A stretch of DNA of 64,000 nucleotides, taken from an uncultured Nitrososphaerota archaeon. GTDB taxonomy: Archaea > Thermoproteota > Nitrososphaeria > Nitrososphaerales > Nitrosopumilaceae. The DNA lies in assembly GCA_963701075.1 (NCBI GenBank), contig OY969559.1, positions 1,280,001-1,344,000 of the forward strand, written 5' to 3'. The translations under genes and the position numbers were made by a program. Position 1 is the stretch's first letter, and every line of letters starts with the position of its first letter. The notes beneath the pieces are model-generated. The model was not told the origin of the DNA. It did not search any database and saw nothing but the letters and a program-made list of their open reading frames with translations. Shown here one piece after another: positions 39,326 to 48,793 of this stretch.

Positions 39326-39402
39326 TTGAGTTCTGAATGCATTGTAACTAAATTAACATGTGTTTGCATGAACCGCACAAACTCAGCAAATAAAATATAA
39401 GG

Positions 39403-39933
39403 TTGAATCTAGTTGGATTAACGTTGGAAATACTCATAGCTGACGACGAACCTGATCTCTTGGACCAATACAAATTTACTCTTGAAGCAAAAGGTCATAA
39501 CGTCATAACTTGCAAAGATGGAAAACAATGTCTTGATGTATACCTAATTGAATCTGAACAACAAATTGCAGGTGATCCCACATCTCCATTCGATGCTGTG
39601 ATCTTGGACTATCAAATGCCTGAAAAAAACGGTATTGAAGTGGCAAAAGGAATCTTGGCGGTTAATCCACACCAAAGAATCATATTCGCTTCTGGTTATA
39701 TCCAAGAAACTTTCCTGGATTCGATAAAACAACTAGGACAAATAACGGAAATAATGAAAAAACCATTTTCATTGCAAGCGTTGGTTGATACTATTGAGGA
39801 TAAGGATATCTATTCGCAACTGGAAAAGCTAAATGTCGATGTATCTGTAATTAAAGAGCTGAATCCATCACATGCACAAATAAAGGCATATTTTGATGTC
39901 TTGTGTAGGCTGCAAAAGGGCAGAACTTTTTAG
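39403..39933 (+). CDS. Response regulator receiver with about 40-aa C-terminal extension (start may be TTG 39424)
   Basis: ILIADDE, FDAVILDYQMPEKNG, IIFASG, KKPF. Confidence 0.92.
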   Translation: MNLVGLTLEILIADDEPDLLDQYKFTLEAKGHNVITCKDGKQCLDVYLIESEQQIAGDPTSPFDAVILDYQMPEKNGIEVAKGILAVNPHQRIIFASGYIQETFLDSIKQLGQITEIMKKPFSLQALVDTIEDKDIYSQLEKLNVDVSVIKELNPSHAQIKAYFDVLCRLQKGRTF

Positions 39934-39986
39934 AAATTCATGCTTGACGATACTGTAGTGTGTATGTTGCAAGTTTTGATGGCGTC

Positions 39987-40985
39987 TTATTGAGTGTCAT
40001 TGCAAAATCCGTTGTCAGTGTTATTATATAATGATTGTATGGCAGCAACATCGCATTCTGATATGTATGGGTAATCTGTTTGAATTGTAGCATGCATGAG
40101 ATCTTGAGGATCGCTTGTATGTGGAAGACCTAATGCATGACCAAATTCATGTCTTACTATTGTTGCAAGTTGATTGTCTGTAAGCTTATCTGCGTCATAG
40201 ATAGTAATAAAAGATTTTAAGATCTGCGAATTGTCAACGATTGATCTGGTATATCCAGAATATCCGTCTGGATCTTCAAGCTGGGATAAAACTATGACAA
40301 TTTGGCCAGGTCCATCATTAGACTCAACAATGTTAAAATCAGTTGGAACGTAGAACTCGGTATCTGGTATCGTACTTAGCGCGCCTTTCCAACCCTTAAA
40401 GTATTCTGATTTTCCATCTGATGGAGACTTGCCTAGTAAAGAATTGTCTATGTATAATGCATTCGTTGAGAGAATAGCGTCTTCTACAGTGTTAATTTTT
40501 TCTTGACTTAGTTGGCCTGGATTTATTATGCTCACTGTTAACGGCATGCCTTTGGCAATGTTCCAGTATTTGTGAGTGACATCTGCCTGCCCTTGAAGAT
40601 TTTCTATCAAATACCGTGTTTTTATATTACTAGAGATATCTGCAGAATTTACTTGATAATGGTTACTGACTACATAGAATAGTAGAACTGCAAGTATTGG
40701 TAATACTATCAATTCTGCTTTTAATATGGTTCTTGCACTAAGCTTTTGAATTTTCCTCTTTACTGTAATAATTTCATGTGAAATTTTATTCTGTTTTTTA
40801 ATTAGATCACTGATTTCTTCTGGTGGTACATCGCTATCCAATGATTGATTATAACTTTCTTCATGAATCTCTAGTAATTGTAGTTGTTCTGTTGTCTTAT
40901 TGAGTTCTTTTGTTAGTACTGATAATTGTAATTTTAGCTGTTTGATGGATCTTGCCTTATCTGATGTTTGTTGATCTATTTGCAT
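39987..40985 (-). CDS. Matrixin (M10)-like zinc metalloprotease with N-terminal coiled coil and TM anchor
   Basis: RHEFGHALGLPH and Met-turn DLMH; TM LIVLPILAVLLFYVV. Confidence 0.9.
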   Translation of the reverse strand: MQIDQQTSDKARSIKQLKLQLSVLTKELNKTTEQLQLLEIHEESYNQSLDSDVPPEEISDLIKKQNKISHEIITVKRKIQKLSARTILKAELIVLPILAVLLFYVVSNHYQVNSADISSNIKTRYLIENLQGQADVTHKYWNIAKGMPLTVSIINPGQLSQEKINTVEDAILSTNALYIDNSLLGKSPSDGKSEYFKGWKGALSTIPDTEFYVPTDFNIVESNDGPGQIVIVLSQLEDPDGYSGYTRSIVDNSQILKSFITIYDADKLTDNQLATIVRHEFGHALGLPHTSDPQDLMHATIQTDYPYISECDVAAIQSLYNNTDNGFCNDTQ

Positions 40986-41025
40986 TTTACAAAGACAACT
41001 CCTTATTTTTAGCCAATCCATCCAC

Positions 41026-41919
41026 CTAACTTAATGCCATGATGAGGTCCCATGGAGTTAGGACATTGTTTAGTGTCATAACAAAAGAATGTTTCATACC
41101 TAACATAATTTTACACATATCTGGTATCCTTGTATTTTCAGAAATTATTCTTCCATTTTTTAGATTAAGTGTTGTTGACTTTAAATCAAAAAAATTGTTA
41201 ATATTTTCAAGATAATTTAACTCTATGATTTTTTCAAATATTATTTGGGGATTGACAAATTGAGGCGTATTTTCTAGTACTAAAACTTCTGTTTCGTTTT
41301 GAATCATCTGTGCTATGATTGTACCAATGGTGTCATCTCGATTAAAAGTAGGAATTAACTTGAGAGGCATATCGGAAACTCTCATACACGTATCACATAG
41401 TACACCTACTTCTAACAAACGTCTTGCCGAAACAGTGGAATAATTCCCGTCTTCATTTTTAACCAAGGCAAAATCCCTTTGTATGTGCTGCATTTTTTTA
41501 AGTAAATCATTAACTTTAGTAGTGGAAGAAGCCACATACAGATTTCTATTCATTACATTCTGAACTGTTAGATCTGAGAAGAAGGAATGATCTGGGTTTT
41601 TTGAAAACTCTTTAATGACTTCTTGTCCTCCGAGCATCCCAACTGGAATATCATTTTCCATTGCAACCAAATTATTTGTAAATGTTTCTAGAAATCTAAC
41701 AAGCATCGAAGTAGCAACCCATATCTTTTCTTTGCTTTCTATCGTAGCCATTGATGAATATACAAGTAAATGCGGCAGAATGTCCTCTATCGTACACTCA
41801 TTTAGGCGCAAATTCTTTTGGTTACTAGTGGATGGAAATAATATGCGTTCTCTATGTGTTTTAACAGTATCATTCAGACGCAATTTACTCTTCAAATTAA
41901 ACATGAAATCCATATTCAT
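41026..41919 (-). CDS. Degenerate CBS-domain protein
   Basis: CBS-like patterns (TVQNVMNRNLYVASSTTKVNDLLKKM, VLTPWDLI). Confidence 0.7.
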   Translation of the reverse strand: MNMDFMFNLKSKLRLNDTVKTHRERILFPSTSNQKNLRLNECTIEDILPHLLVYSSMATIESKEKIWVATSMLVRFLETFTNNLVAMENDIPVGMLGGQEVIKEFSKNPDHSFFSDLTVQNVMNRNLYVASSTTKVNDLLKKMQHIQRDFALVKNEDGNYSTVSARRLLEVGVLCDTCMRVSDMPLKLIPTFNRDDTIGTIIAQMIQNETEVLVLENTPQFVNPQIIFEKIIELNYLENINNFFDLKSTTLNLKNGRIISENTRIPDMCKIMLGMKHSFVMTLNNVLTPWDLIMALS

Positions 41920-42016
41920 TTTAAATCACAACTGAAATACGCTGAAACGCCACCATTTGTAGAGATCATGCGAAACATGTTTTTCTATTGAGGAATTGGA
42001 ATGATATTTTCTAGTA

Positions 42017-42031
42017 TGTTCACATTGAACA
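42017..42031. promoter_or_regulatory. Perfect palindromic site upstream of the CBS/matrixin genes
   Basis: TGTTCA-CAT-TGAACA, flanked by GACTTGTGT as at the flaB copy 2 site. Confidence 0.62.
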
Positions 42032-42119
42032 GACTTGTGTCTGATTTTATTGTACCAACAGAAAAATTACTTCAATATATTTAATGTATAGTGTTTATGT
42101 TATTAGTTAATTTTAAATT

Positions 42120-44633
42120 CTATTTTTTAATGTTAGTTCTATTTGTAGCGTTTCTCTTTAACAAATGGATATTTTTCTTCTTTATTAGAATTCCTCCAGC
42201 TGCTATTGTTCCAATCACCGCGAATGGTAAAGGATCTACTCCATTGATTTTGAATGATTTGAAATTGGATGGTGTAGAAGCAGATGTAGTGTTAGTGCTA
42301 TTTGTTACAATTTGGGTTGAATTTATTTTAATCAAATCTTTGATCTCCGTAGGGCTGAATCCTGAACCTGATACCACAGAATCAAGGTTAATTATTCCCG
42401 TAGAGTTTGACATGAGAGATATGCTGGCAACACCGTTTTGGTTTGTTGTCTTATCCGAACTCTGTATGTTTGCTCCGATTGCTTTCCAATCTACGTTCAT
42501 GTCTGGAAGGGGCTTCCCGTATCTTTGTGCCGTTACGTTGGCAAAGAATGTTTCCTCAGGTAGAACCGTTTTTGGAGACTTGATGGTTACGGTTGGTGAC
42601 ATACTTTCAACATTAACTTTGTATGTTGCAAGTGGTAAGTTGTTTGCTATTACTGAGACTGTGGCACTTCCAGGTAACTTTGGGATTGCATCAAAATTGG
42701 CATAGTAATTTCCTTTGGAGATGGTTATATTTGATGGCGGTAGTATGACTGAATCATTACTTGAAACTAACCTCATGTTGGTATCTTCATCGGTATATCT
42801 TGGATTCGAATTTGAATCAAAAACTTGTATATCCATAAGATTGGTAAAATTGGCAAGCAAAGGATCAGGATAATCCAAATTTGCCATTGCGGGGGATGAA
42901 CTAACAGAACTTAATGCAAGACTGGTTGGATAACCGCCTGTAATTATATTGAGAGTTGTGGATCCATCTTTCAATGATTTGGCATTAAACAGATCTATAG
43001 AATCTCCATTTGATATTTTTTTAGGCTCGACACTAAAATAGTCATTAGGTAATATGGTGGGGGTATAATCACTTGGAAAATATGTTAGTGCGCCAGATGA
43101 ATCCACTAAATATAAAGCCAGAGGGAAATTTGATTGGCTCAACGCTTTTGATACCAGCGAATTTGCAACAAGATTGAGGGAATTCGCTGAAGATGCATTT
43201 ATTGCTGCTTCTACAATTGTATCATTATAAGTAATAACATGTAGTGGTATTACAGACGGTAATCCAGCTGCTCCTGAGACGGCAGATGGCGGCGGAGCGG
43301 TATTTCCTACCTTGCCAAAGACTAATGCAGATCCTTGGCCTCTGGCCATGTCTACGGGGGCCACTGAAAGATAGTTTGAGTCTGAAGAATCAACCTCAAT
43401 TTGTAGATCTCTGCTTGCAATAACGGGATTACCTTGAGGATCTTCTAAATGCATTATTCCTATTAATTCATTATTTCCAGTTGCCAATATGGGCAACATA
43501 TCAAGTTTTGCAGATTTATCATCCAGAAATTGTGATGTGACTGTTGTCAACTGCACTGGAGTAGCCAAAAACGTAGTGGTATCTGGTGCAACACAGCCTG
43601 TAAGCTCTATACAATCTGCAGGCCATGCAGTATGATTTGATACGCTGTATCCCTGTGGAGCAGATAGGCCTATGTTGAATGTTCCGACTAAACCAGCTTT
43701 TATTTCGATTGTGGTATATCCTTCATAATCTCCTTTCTTTATGATCAATGGAATGTTGGAGCTCATAAGTTGGTCTTGTGGACTGGTGTTAACTAAACCT
43801 GTAGCTGTTGCATTTGATATCAATACTGAAATAGGGATGTCTTGATTTGCCACCACTTCATTGTTCGAATTATCTTTTAGTTGTGCCACAACGTATGCAA
43901 TTGACCCTGCAAAATCATTAATCTTTGCTGGATATACATAGGCTTGAATAGTTGGCGTGTCGGCAGAAGTTATGGTAACTGTCGTACTTACGGACTGAAA
44001 TGAAGAGGCAGATGCAAATATCTTGGCTGAACCTGTCTGACCTATTTCAAACCGCCCTATCGTGTAGTAGTGACCGCTTTTTATAATCAGATGAGATGTA
44101 GTTAAACTAAGAGTACTGTTATCAGTTGTTGCAACCGTAATTGGAATGTCTGTTTGTGTAGTTGCTGGAAGACCGTCACTATTGACTAATTCTACTGAAA
44201 AATACCCTGTCTTTGGTCCATTGATTGAAAATGACGAGGGCGTAGCTTTGATAAGCAAGCTAGTTGGAGCAGCTTCGTCACTATACACTGTAATAGGGAA
44301 TTCCTGAGATGAAAAACCTGGTGCGGCAAGTACTATGTTTGCAGTACCTGGGTTATTTGCTCTGATTTCTATATGAGTTATGAAACTTGTATCGTTATCT
44401 TCCACCCCGACAACTTGAACTATGGTGGAGTCTGTAGAGGAAAATACCATGTTTTGAATTTTTGTGGGAGACACATGTCCGTTGTAAAGCGCATATACCT
44501 CCAAAGTCCCATTTGAGTTTTCAATCATCTTATCTGGTATGAGTCTAACTCCAAAGGTAGTTGTATCTTCAGCATACGATTTAATTGTTGCAAGACCAAC
44601 AATGAGAATTACTATTATCAATAACCTTCTCAA
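42120..44633 (-). CDS. Large cell-surface protein with tandem Ig-like domains and C-terminal TM anchor
   Basis: Signal peptide, Ser/Thr-rich beta-type repeats, C-terminal LPFAVIGTIAAGGILI plus basic tail. Confidence 0.85.
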   Translation of the reverse strand: MRRLLIIVILIVGLATIKSYAEDTTTFGVRLIPDKMIENSNGTLEVYALYNGHVSPTKIQNMVFSSTDSTIVQVVGVEDNDTSFITHIEIRANNPGTANIVLAAPGFSSQEFPITVYSDEAAPTSLLIKATPSSFSINGPKTGYFSVELVNSDGLPATTQTDIPITVATTDNSTLSLTTSHLIIKSGHYYTIGRFEIGQTGSAKIFASASSFQSVSTTVTITSADTPTIQAYVYPAKINDFAGSIAYVVAQLKDNSNNEVVANQDIPISVLISNATATGLVNTSPQDQLMSSNIPLIIKKGDYEGYTTIEIKAGLVGTFNIGLSAPQGYSVSNHTAWPADCIELTGCVAPDTTTFLATPVQLTTVTSQFLDDKSAKLDMLPILATGNNELIGIMHLEDPQGNPVIASRDLQIEVDSSDSNYLSVAPVDMARGQGSALVFGKVGNTAPPPSAVSGAAGLPSVIPLHVITYNDTIVEAAINASSANSLNLVANSLVSKALSQSNFPLALYLVDSSGALTYFPSDYTPTILPNDYFSVEPKKISNGDSIDLFNAKSLKDGSTTLNIITGGYPTSLALSSVSSSPAMANLDYPDPLLANFTNLMDIQVFDSNSNPRYTDEDTNMRLVSSNDSVILPPSNITISKGNYYANFDAIPKLPGSATVSVIANNLPLATYKVNVESMSPTVTIKSPKTVLPEETFFANVTAQRYGKPLPDMNVDWKAIGANIQSSDKTTNQNGVASISLMSNSTGIINLDSVVSGSGFSPTEIKDLIKINSTQIVTNSTNTTSASTPSNFKSFKINGVDPLPFAVIGTIAAGGILIKKKNIHLLKRNATNRTNIKK

Positions 44634-44747
44634 TACATGTTTTTATAAAGAAAATTCTCATATAAGATACTGTATGGTTTTTTTGAACGAATTTTAGGTA
44701 TTATCGTACATAATGTGAATAAACTAGATCAATCTACAAAAAAGGTG

Positions 44748-45561
44748 TCAGGTAGATTGGTATACAACTTCTAGAGGTTTTGACTTTTTCCACAAGTGAG
44801 AACATAGGCTGTAGATGTTGTTGACTATTTCTATGGAATTTGTATGAACGATTGAATCTGTATCGTCGTTTAGATCCATAGAACCTTTCATTGATCCTGA
44901 CATGATGATCTGTTTGTCTTTTTCTCCAACAATTCTTCCTTTGGAAGGAAGTTTTCCAAGTCTGGTCTCACTCAGCTCCCAATCTATTAACAAGCTGGAT
45001 GGCTTGTTTGTTTTCAATCTCTGTCACTATTCTTACTTCGCCTCCTTTTTTGATGCATTCTTTTATCTTTTCAGGTATGGCGGTATGATACATTCTCATG
45101 ATGTCTTCAACTGTGGTCACGATATATACGACATCAGTAGACTCTGTTATCATTTTACCTATGCGTGAATAAATGTTTGATCGTCCCTGTATTATGGAAA
45201 AAGAGGATAACTCCGTTGCAGGGGTGGGTCGTTTTAATTCATCCAAGTTTGTAATTAGTTGCTTTGAAAGTTTTTCCATTGTTATGATTTCGTCTTGTTT
45301 TTTCTGAATTATATTTTTTAGTGCTTCTTGTGGATCTATTGCTTTACATATTGTAGGATTGGATAGCGTCGTTGTAATTAGCCCCACATTTCTTAGTTTG
45401 TTCAATGCTCTGTATGCCTTCCCTCTGTCAACATCTAATTTTGCAGACAAACTGCCAACTGTAACCTCTCCTGTTCTTAATAATCCCAGGTAAATTTTTG
45501 CGTCGTCACCCTCCAAACCAAAATACTTGAGTGTGGAAATCAGATCTTCTTCGATACTCAA
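44748..45561 (-). pseudogene. TrmB-family transcriptional regulator; +1 frameshift near 44970-44974
   Basis: LKYFGL...AKIYLGLL...KAYRALNKLRNVGLI wHTH; removing one base gives ...NRLGA(S/E)ETRLGKLPSKGRIV...HLWKKSKPL. Span 814 nt = 3n+1. Confidence 0.85.
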
Positions 45562-45818
45562 ATTTCAATTGCTCCTGCGATTATGACCTGATCTGTATGC
45601 ATCTTATGAGAGAGGTCCTTACACTCATAATGATGAGAATTAGGCGTAAATTTAATAATGCTATGACTAGATGCCGGTTTTGCCATGCAGATCATTGAAG
45701 ATCCGATCTGATCCATATTGATATATAAGAAGATCGGTTCAAGTGAGCCAATAGACAGTCTATCTCTTTTGACTCCAGAGACAGAATCGGCTTTATGGTG
45801 GAATGAGAGTAAATTCAT
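45558..45818 (-). CDS. Possible hypothetical protein translationally coupled to TrmB
   Basis: 86-aa ORF whose TGA overlaps the TrmB TTG start; a palindromic site lies 42 bp upstream. No motif. Confidence 0.35.
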   Translation of the reverse strand: MNLLSFHHKADSVSGVKRDRLSIGSLEPIFLYINMDQIGSSMICMAKPASSHSIIKFTPNSHHYECKDLSHKMHTDQVIIAGAIEI

Positions 45819-45859
45819 CTCATTAGTTTACAACAATATGAGGGATATGAGAAGATGTT

Positions 45860-45874
45860 TGTACAAAATAAACA
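45860..45874. promoter_or_regulatory. Operator-like site upstream of the TrmB unit
   Basis: TGTACA-AAA-TAAACA, overlapping TGTTTG at 45856. Confidence 0.5.
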
Positions 45875-46522
45875 AACGTTAACCCAATATTGTTATAAAA
45901 GACAGCGAAAAAATGCGAACTTGATTGTTATTTTTACACAAAATTTAGAACGATTTTCATTGTAATGTGACGAACAATGTAAACGTAATAATTTACTAAT
46001 TAAAATTGAATATCTACTTGTTGTACCGATAAAACCCCCGAATTAGATGTTAGGCGCATGTTTAGATTTCTGATCAATCCATTATCTGTAAAGTACATGC
46101 AATATCTAATAGGTTCATTTTAACTAATGATGGATTGAATTGATGTGGATCTATCTTTAATGCAGATCTATATCTGTCTGCAACATCAATTCATTATTGA
46201 TGATATATTTCATCATAAATCATAAACGAAGCGTATTTTTGTCTTTCATTACATATGATTACTGCCATGCTAGTTTCAAAGATTTAGTCGTTGACTATGA
46301 AATTGTTGAAAATCAGTCATGCCCATAAAATTAACAATATAGGTGCTTAACTTCTGACTGGTAGAAACTTAACTGCATTTCGCAATAAACTCGAGTTTTT
46401 GAACAACATGTCAGGTTTTCCTATTTTGCATATATTTCATATTGTCATTTTAGCTTCAAATATTTCAGGCGCTCAGTAAATAATTTTGAGATCTCTGGAT
46501 TTATTGAGGATCTGATGATTCA

Positions 46523-47227
46523 TTGCTAATGGTACTAGAAGGTAATGTGGATAGTATACGGGTTGTTTTAGCCTTGTCAATGCTGGGTTATGCTACTTAC
46601 TCTGATCTCAAAAACAGGGAAATCAGTGATTTTTTATGGGTGATATTTGGCTGTATATCGGTTGTTTTAATTTTCTTTTCATCTGACATGGTGCATTTAC
46701 TCACAAATGTAGGCATTTCTCTAATTATTGCTCCAGTGGTAGTTGTAATTTGGAGGTTGGGTTTTTTTGGCGGTGCCGATGCATTTGGACTTGTCGTACT
46801 TGCTGCTTTAGTTCCTGAATTTTCAATTTCAAATGGACTAATCACGCCATTTACTGTACTAACTAACTCTGTAGTACTTTCTATAATACCGATTCTTTTT
46901 AATATTTCGAGAAATTTGATATCTCTAGCAAAACATAAGAATATTTTTGAGGGATTGGAGAATGAAACCAAACGTAACAAGATACTTGCATTATTTTTAG
47001 GTTACAAAGCAAAAAATCCCAAGTTTAGTTTTTCAATTGAAAAACATGATGGTGCTAATCGAAGGCTTGATTTTTCGTTAAAAAATGCTGATAATGCCGA
47101 GTTCTGTTCGTCTCAAGATACTTGGGTAACACCAGGCATACCGTATATGATCTACATTACTTTGGGATTCATCATTCAGCTTGTGTATGGTGATATTATC
47201 TTTAATCTCTTTAGAACTTTACATTAG
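46523..47227 (+). CDS. flaK: Preflagellin/prepilin peptidase FlaK/PibD (A24 family)
   Basis: YSDLKNREISD, FFGGADAF (GxGD-type aspartates), WVTPGIPYMIYI. Confidence 0.9.
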   Translation: MLMVLEGNVDSIRVVLALSMLGYATYSDLKNREISDFLWVIFGCISVVLIFFSSDMVHLLTNVGISLIIAPVVVVIWRLGFFGGADAFGLVVLAALVPEFSISNGLITPFTVLTNSVVLSIIPILFNISRNLISLAKHKNIFEGLENETKRNKILALFLGYKAKNPKFSFSIEKHDGANRRLDFSLKNADNAEFCSSQDTWVTPGIPYMIYITLGFIIQLVYGDIIFNLFRTLH

Positions 47228-47294
47228 ACAAACTGGTATTTTTAACCAGTCAAACGCGTTGAAAGTTTATTACCTCTCCAAAGTTAGTGAGGTT

Positions 47295-47705
47295 ATGGCT
47301 CTAAAAGCTGCTATCTTGATGTCAATAATCTCGATAATAATGTTGGCGATTTACGGTGTTGATGTTATTGTGGCAGGTCCTGAAGCGAGCTCAAATGGAA
47401 TGACCGGCTTTCTTCCAATGGATGATAAATCTAGGGGGGCTATATTTGGGATAATACCATCTGTAATGCTGATAGCATCATTTTTCATTACACGAAAAGA
47501 ACCATCGGGCACACTTGGTATTCTAATAATCATTGGAGGCGCCATGATTATTGTGGGTACAGGCGTGATTTTGGCAATATCTGGAGGTCAATCTCAAAAT
47601 GTTCAAACTATGCGAGATTTTGGACCAGTGTTGGGTATAGGAATTGTGATAATCTTTCTTGGCGGTCTTAAAATTAAAAGATCAAGAAGATCAGTTATGC
47701 CATAA
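47295..47705 (+). CDS. Hypothetical membrane protein (4 TM)
   Basis: Hydrophobic ORF; probable start ATG 47295 after GAGGT. Confidence 0.75.
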   Translation: MALKAAILMSIISIIMLAIYGVDVIVAGPEASSNGMTGFLPMDDKSRGAIFGIIPSVMLIASFFITRKEPSGTLGILIIIGGAMIIVGTGVILAISGGQSQNVQTMRDFGPVLGIGIVIIFLGGLKIKRSRRSVMP

Positions 47706-47764
47706 ATTTCTGCACCTGATCTAATAAACCAAATCTTCAAACGCGAGTAACATTATGATAAAAC

Positions 47765-47911
47765 GTGCATATTTGTGCAAAGTGTGGGCAGGAGGCTAAA
47801 AAGGTGTATGACTGCGAACATACCGATGATCAAGAATACTGCGTTGAATGCTATACTGAGTTGCATTATTATCTAACGGAAAACACAAAAAAAGAAAGAA
47901 ACCCAATCTAG
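47765..47911 (+). CDS. 48-aa putative zinc-finger micro-protein
   Basis: GTG start: MHICAKCGQEAKKVYDCEHTDDQEYCVECYTELHYYLTENTKKERNPI (CxxC, CxH, CxxC, H). Confidence 0.7.
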   Translation: MHICAKCGQEAKKVYDCEHTDDQEYCVECYTELHYYLTENTKKERNPI

Positions 47912-48101
47912 GTGTTTTAAAAGGTTCAACTAATTCTCTACTTGTAACAATATCACCTAATTTGAAATGCAGTTTTTACAAACTTGACTATTCATACTAT
48001 GTAACAATGAAGAAAATCCAATTGTGAGCATGACAAAACGATTGATATTTTTACTTGTGGCTTTCCAAATCTTTTAATTCCAAGTTATGGGCTGTCTGTA
48101 T

Positions 48102-48785
48102 GTGAAGACAGTGATTCTGTCTGGTGGGATGGGAAAGAGATTAAGGCCATTGACCGATTATCTTCCAAAGCCGCTTCTACCTGTGGATGGCACGCCTATA
48201 ATAGAATGGCAAATACAATATTTCAAAAAATTTGGGATCAGTGAATTCGTTATATGTGCAGGTTATCGCGCAGAACAATTGATCAGTTTTTTAGAATCTA
48301 AAAATTTTGATGTAAAAGTGAGCTTTTCTGTGGAAAAAACACCTCTTGGTACTGGAGGCGCTATACGTAAAGCACGTAAGTATATTGGTAATGATGATTT
48401 CTTTGTAATAAATGGGGATGTTATAACTAATTTGGATTTGAGTAGGCTGAAAAAGAAACCTAATTCTATCGCAGTAATGCCATTGAGAACGAGCTTTGGT
48501 ATTGTGAATCTTAATGGGGAAAAAATTGAAAAGTTTGAGGAAAAACCTGAATTGTTCAACTATTGGATGAATGCGGGGGTCTACTATCTTCAAAATAAAG
48601 TCATAAACATGCTCCCGATGTCTGGCAATATTGAAAATACTGCTTTTCCGGCACTTGCCAAAATGGGAAGTTTATACGCAACTAGATACAACAAAGCGTT
48701 TTGGCATTCAATTGATTCACATAAAGATATTGATGAATGTACCGCCAAAATGCAATCAATTCAGTATGCGTCTTTTTTACAATAG
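48102..48785 (+). CDS. Sugar-phosphate nucleotidyltransferase
   Basis: VILSGGMGKRLRPLT..LPKPLL, PLGTGGA, NGDV, FEEKP. Confidence 0.92.
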   Translation: MKTVILSGGMGKRLRPLTDYLPKPLLPVDGTPIIEWQIQYFKKFGISEFVICAGYRAEQLISFLESKNFDVKVSFSVEKTPLGTGGAIRKARKYIGNDDFFVINGDVITNLDLSRLKKKPNSIAVMPLRTSFGIVNLNGEKIEKFEEKPELFNYWMNAGVYYLQNKVINMLPMSGNIENTAFPALAKMGSLYATRYNKAFWHSIDSHKDIDECTAKMQSIQYASFLQ

Positions 48786-48793
48786 GATGATAC

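Noticed and set aside
42091-42705. 204-aa plus-strand ORF
   Set aside because: Antisense shadow of the 837-aa surface protein; no motif.
45819-46522. Replication origin in the long AT-rich gap
   Set aside because: No recognisable ORB repeats with G-strings and no adjacent cdc6/orc1.
10800-47300. Motility island as an integrative mobile element
   Set aside because: No integrase, transposase, tRNA or att-like terminal repeats seen at the borders.
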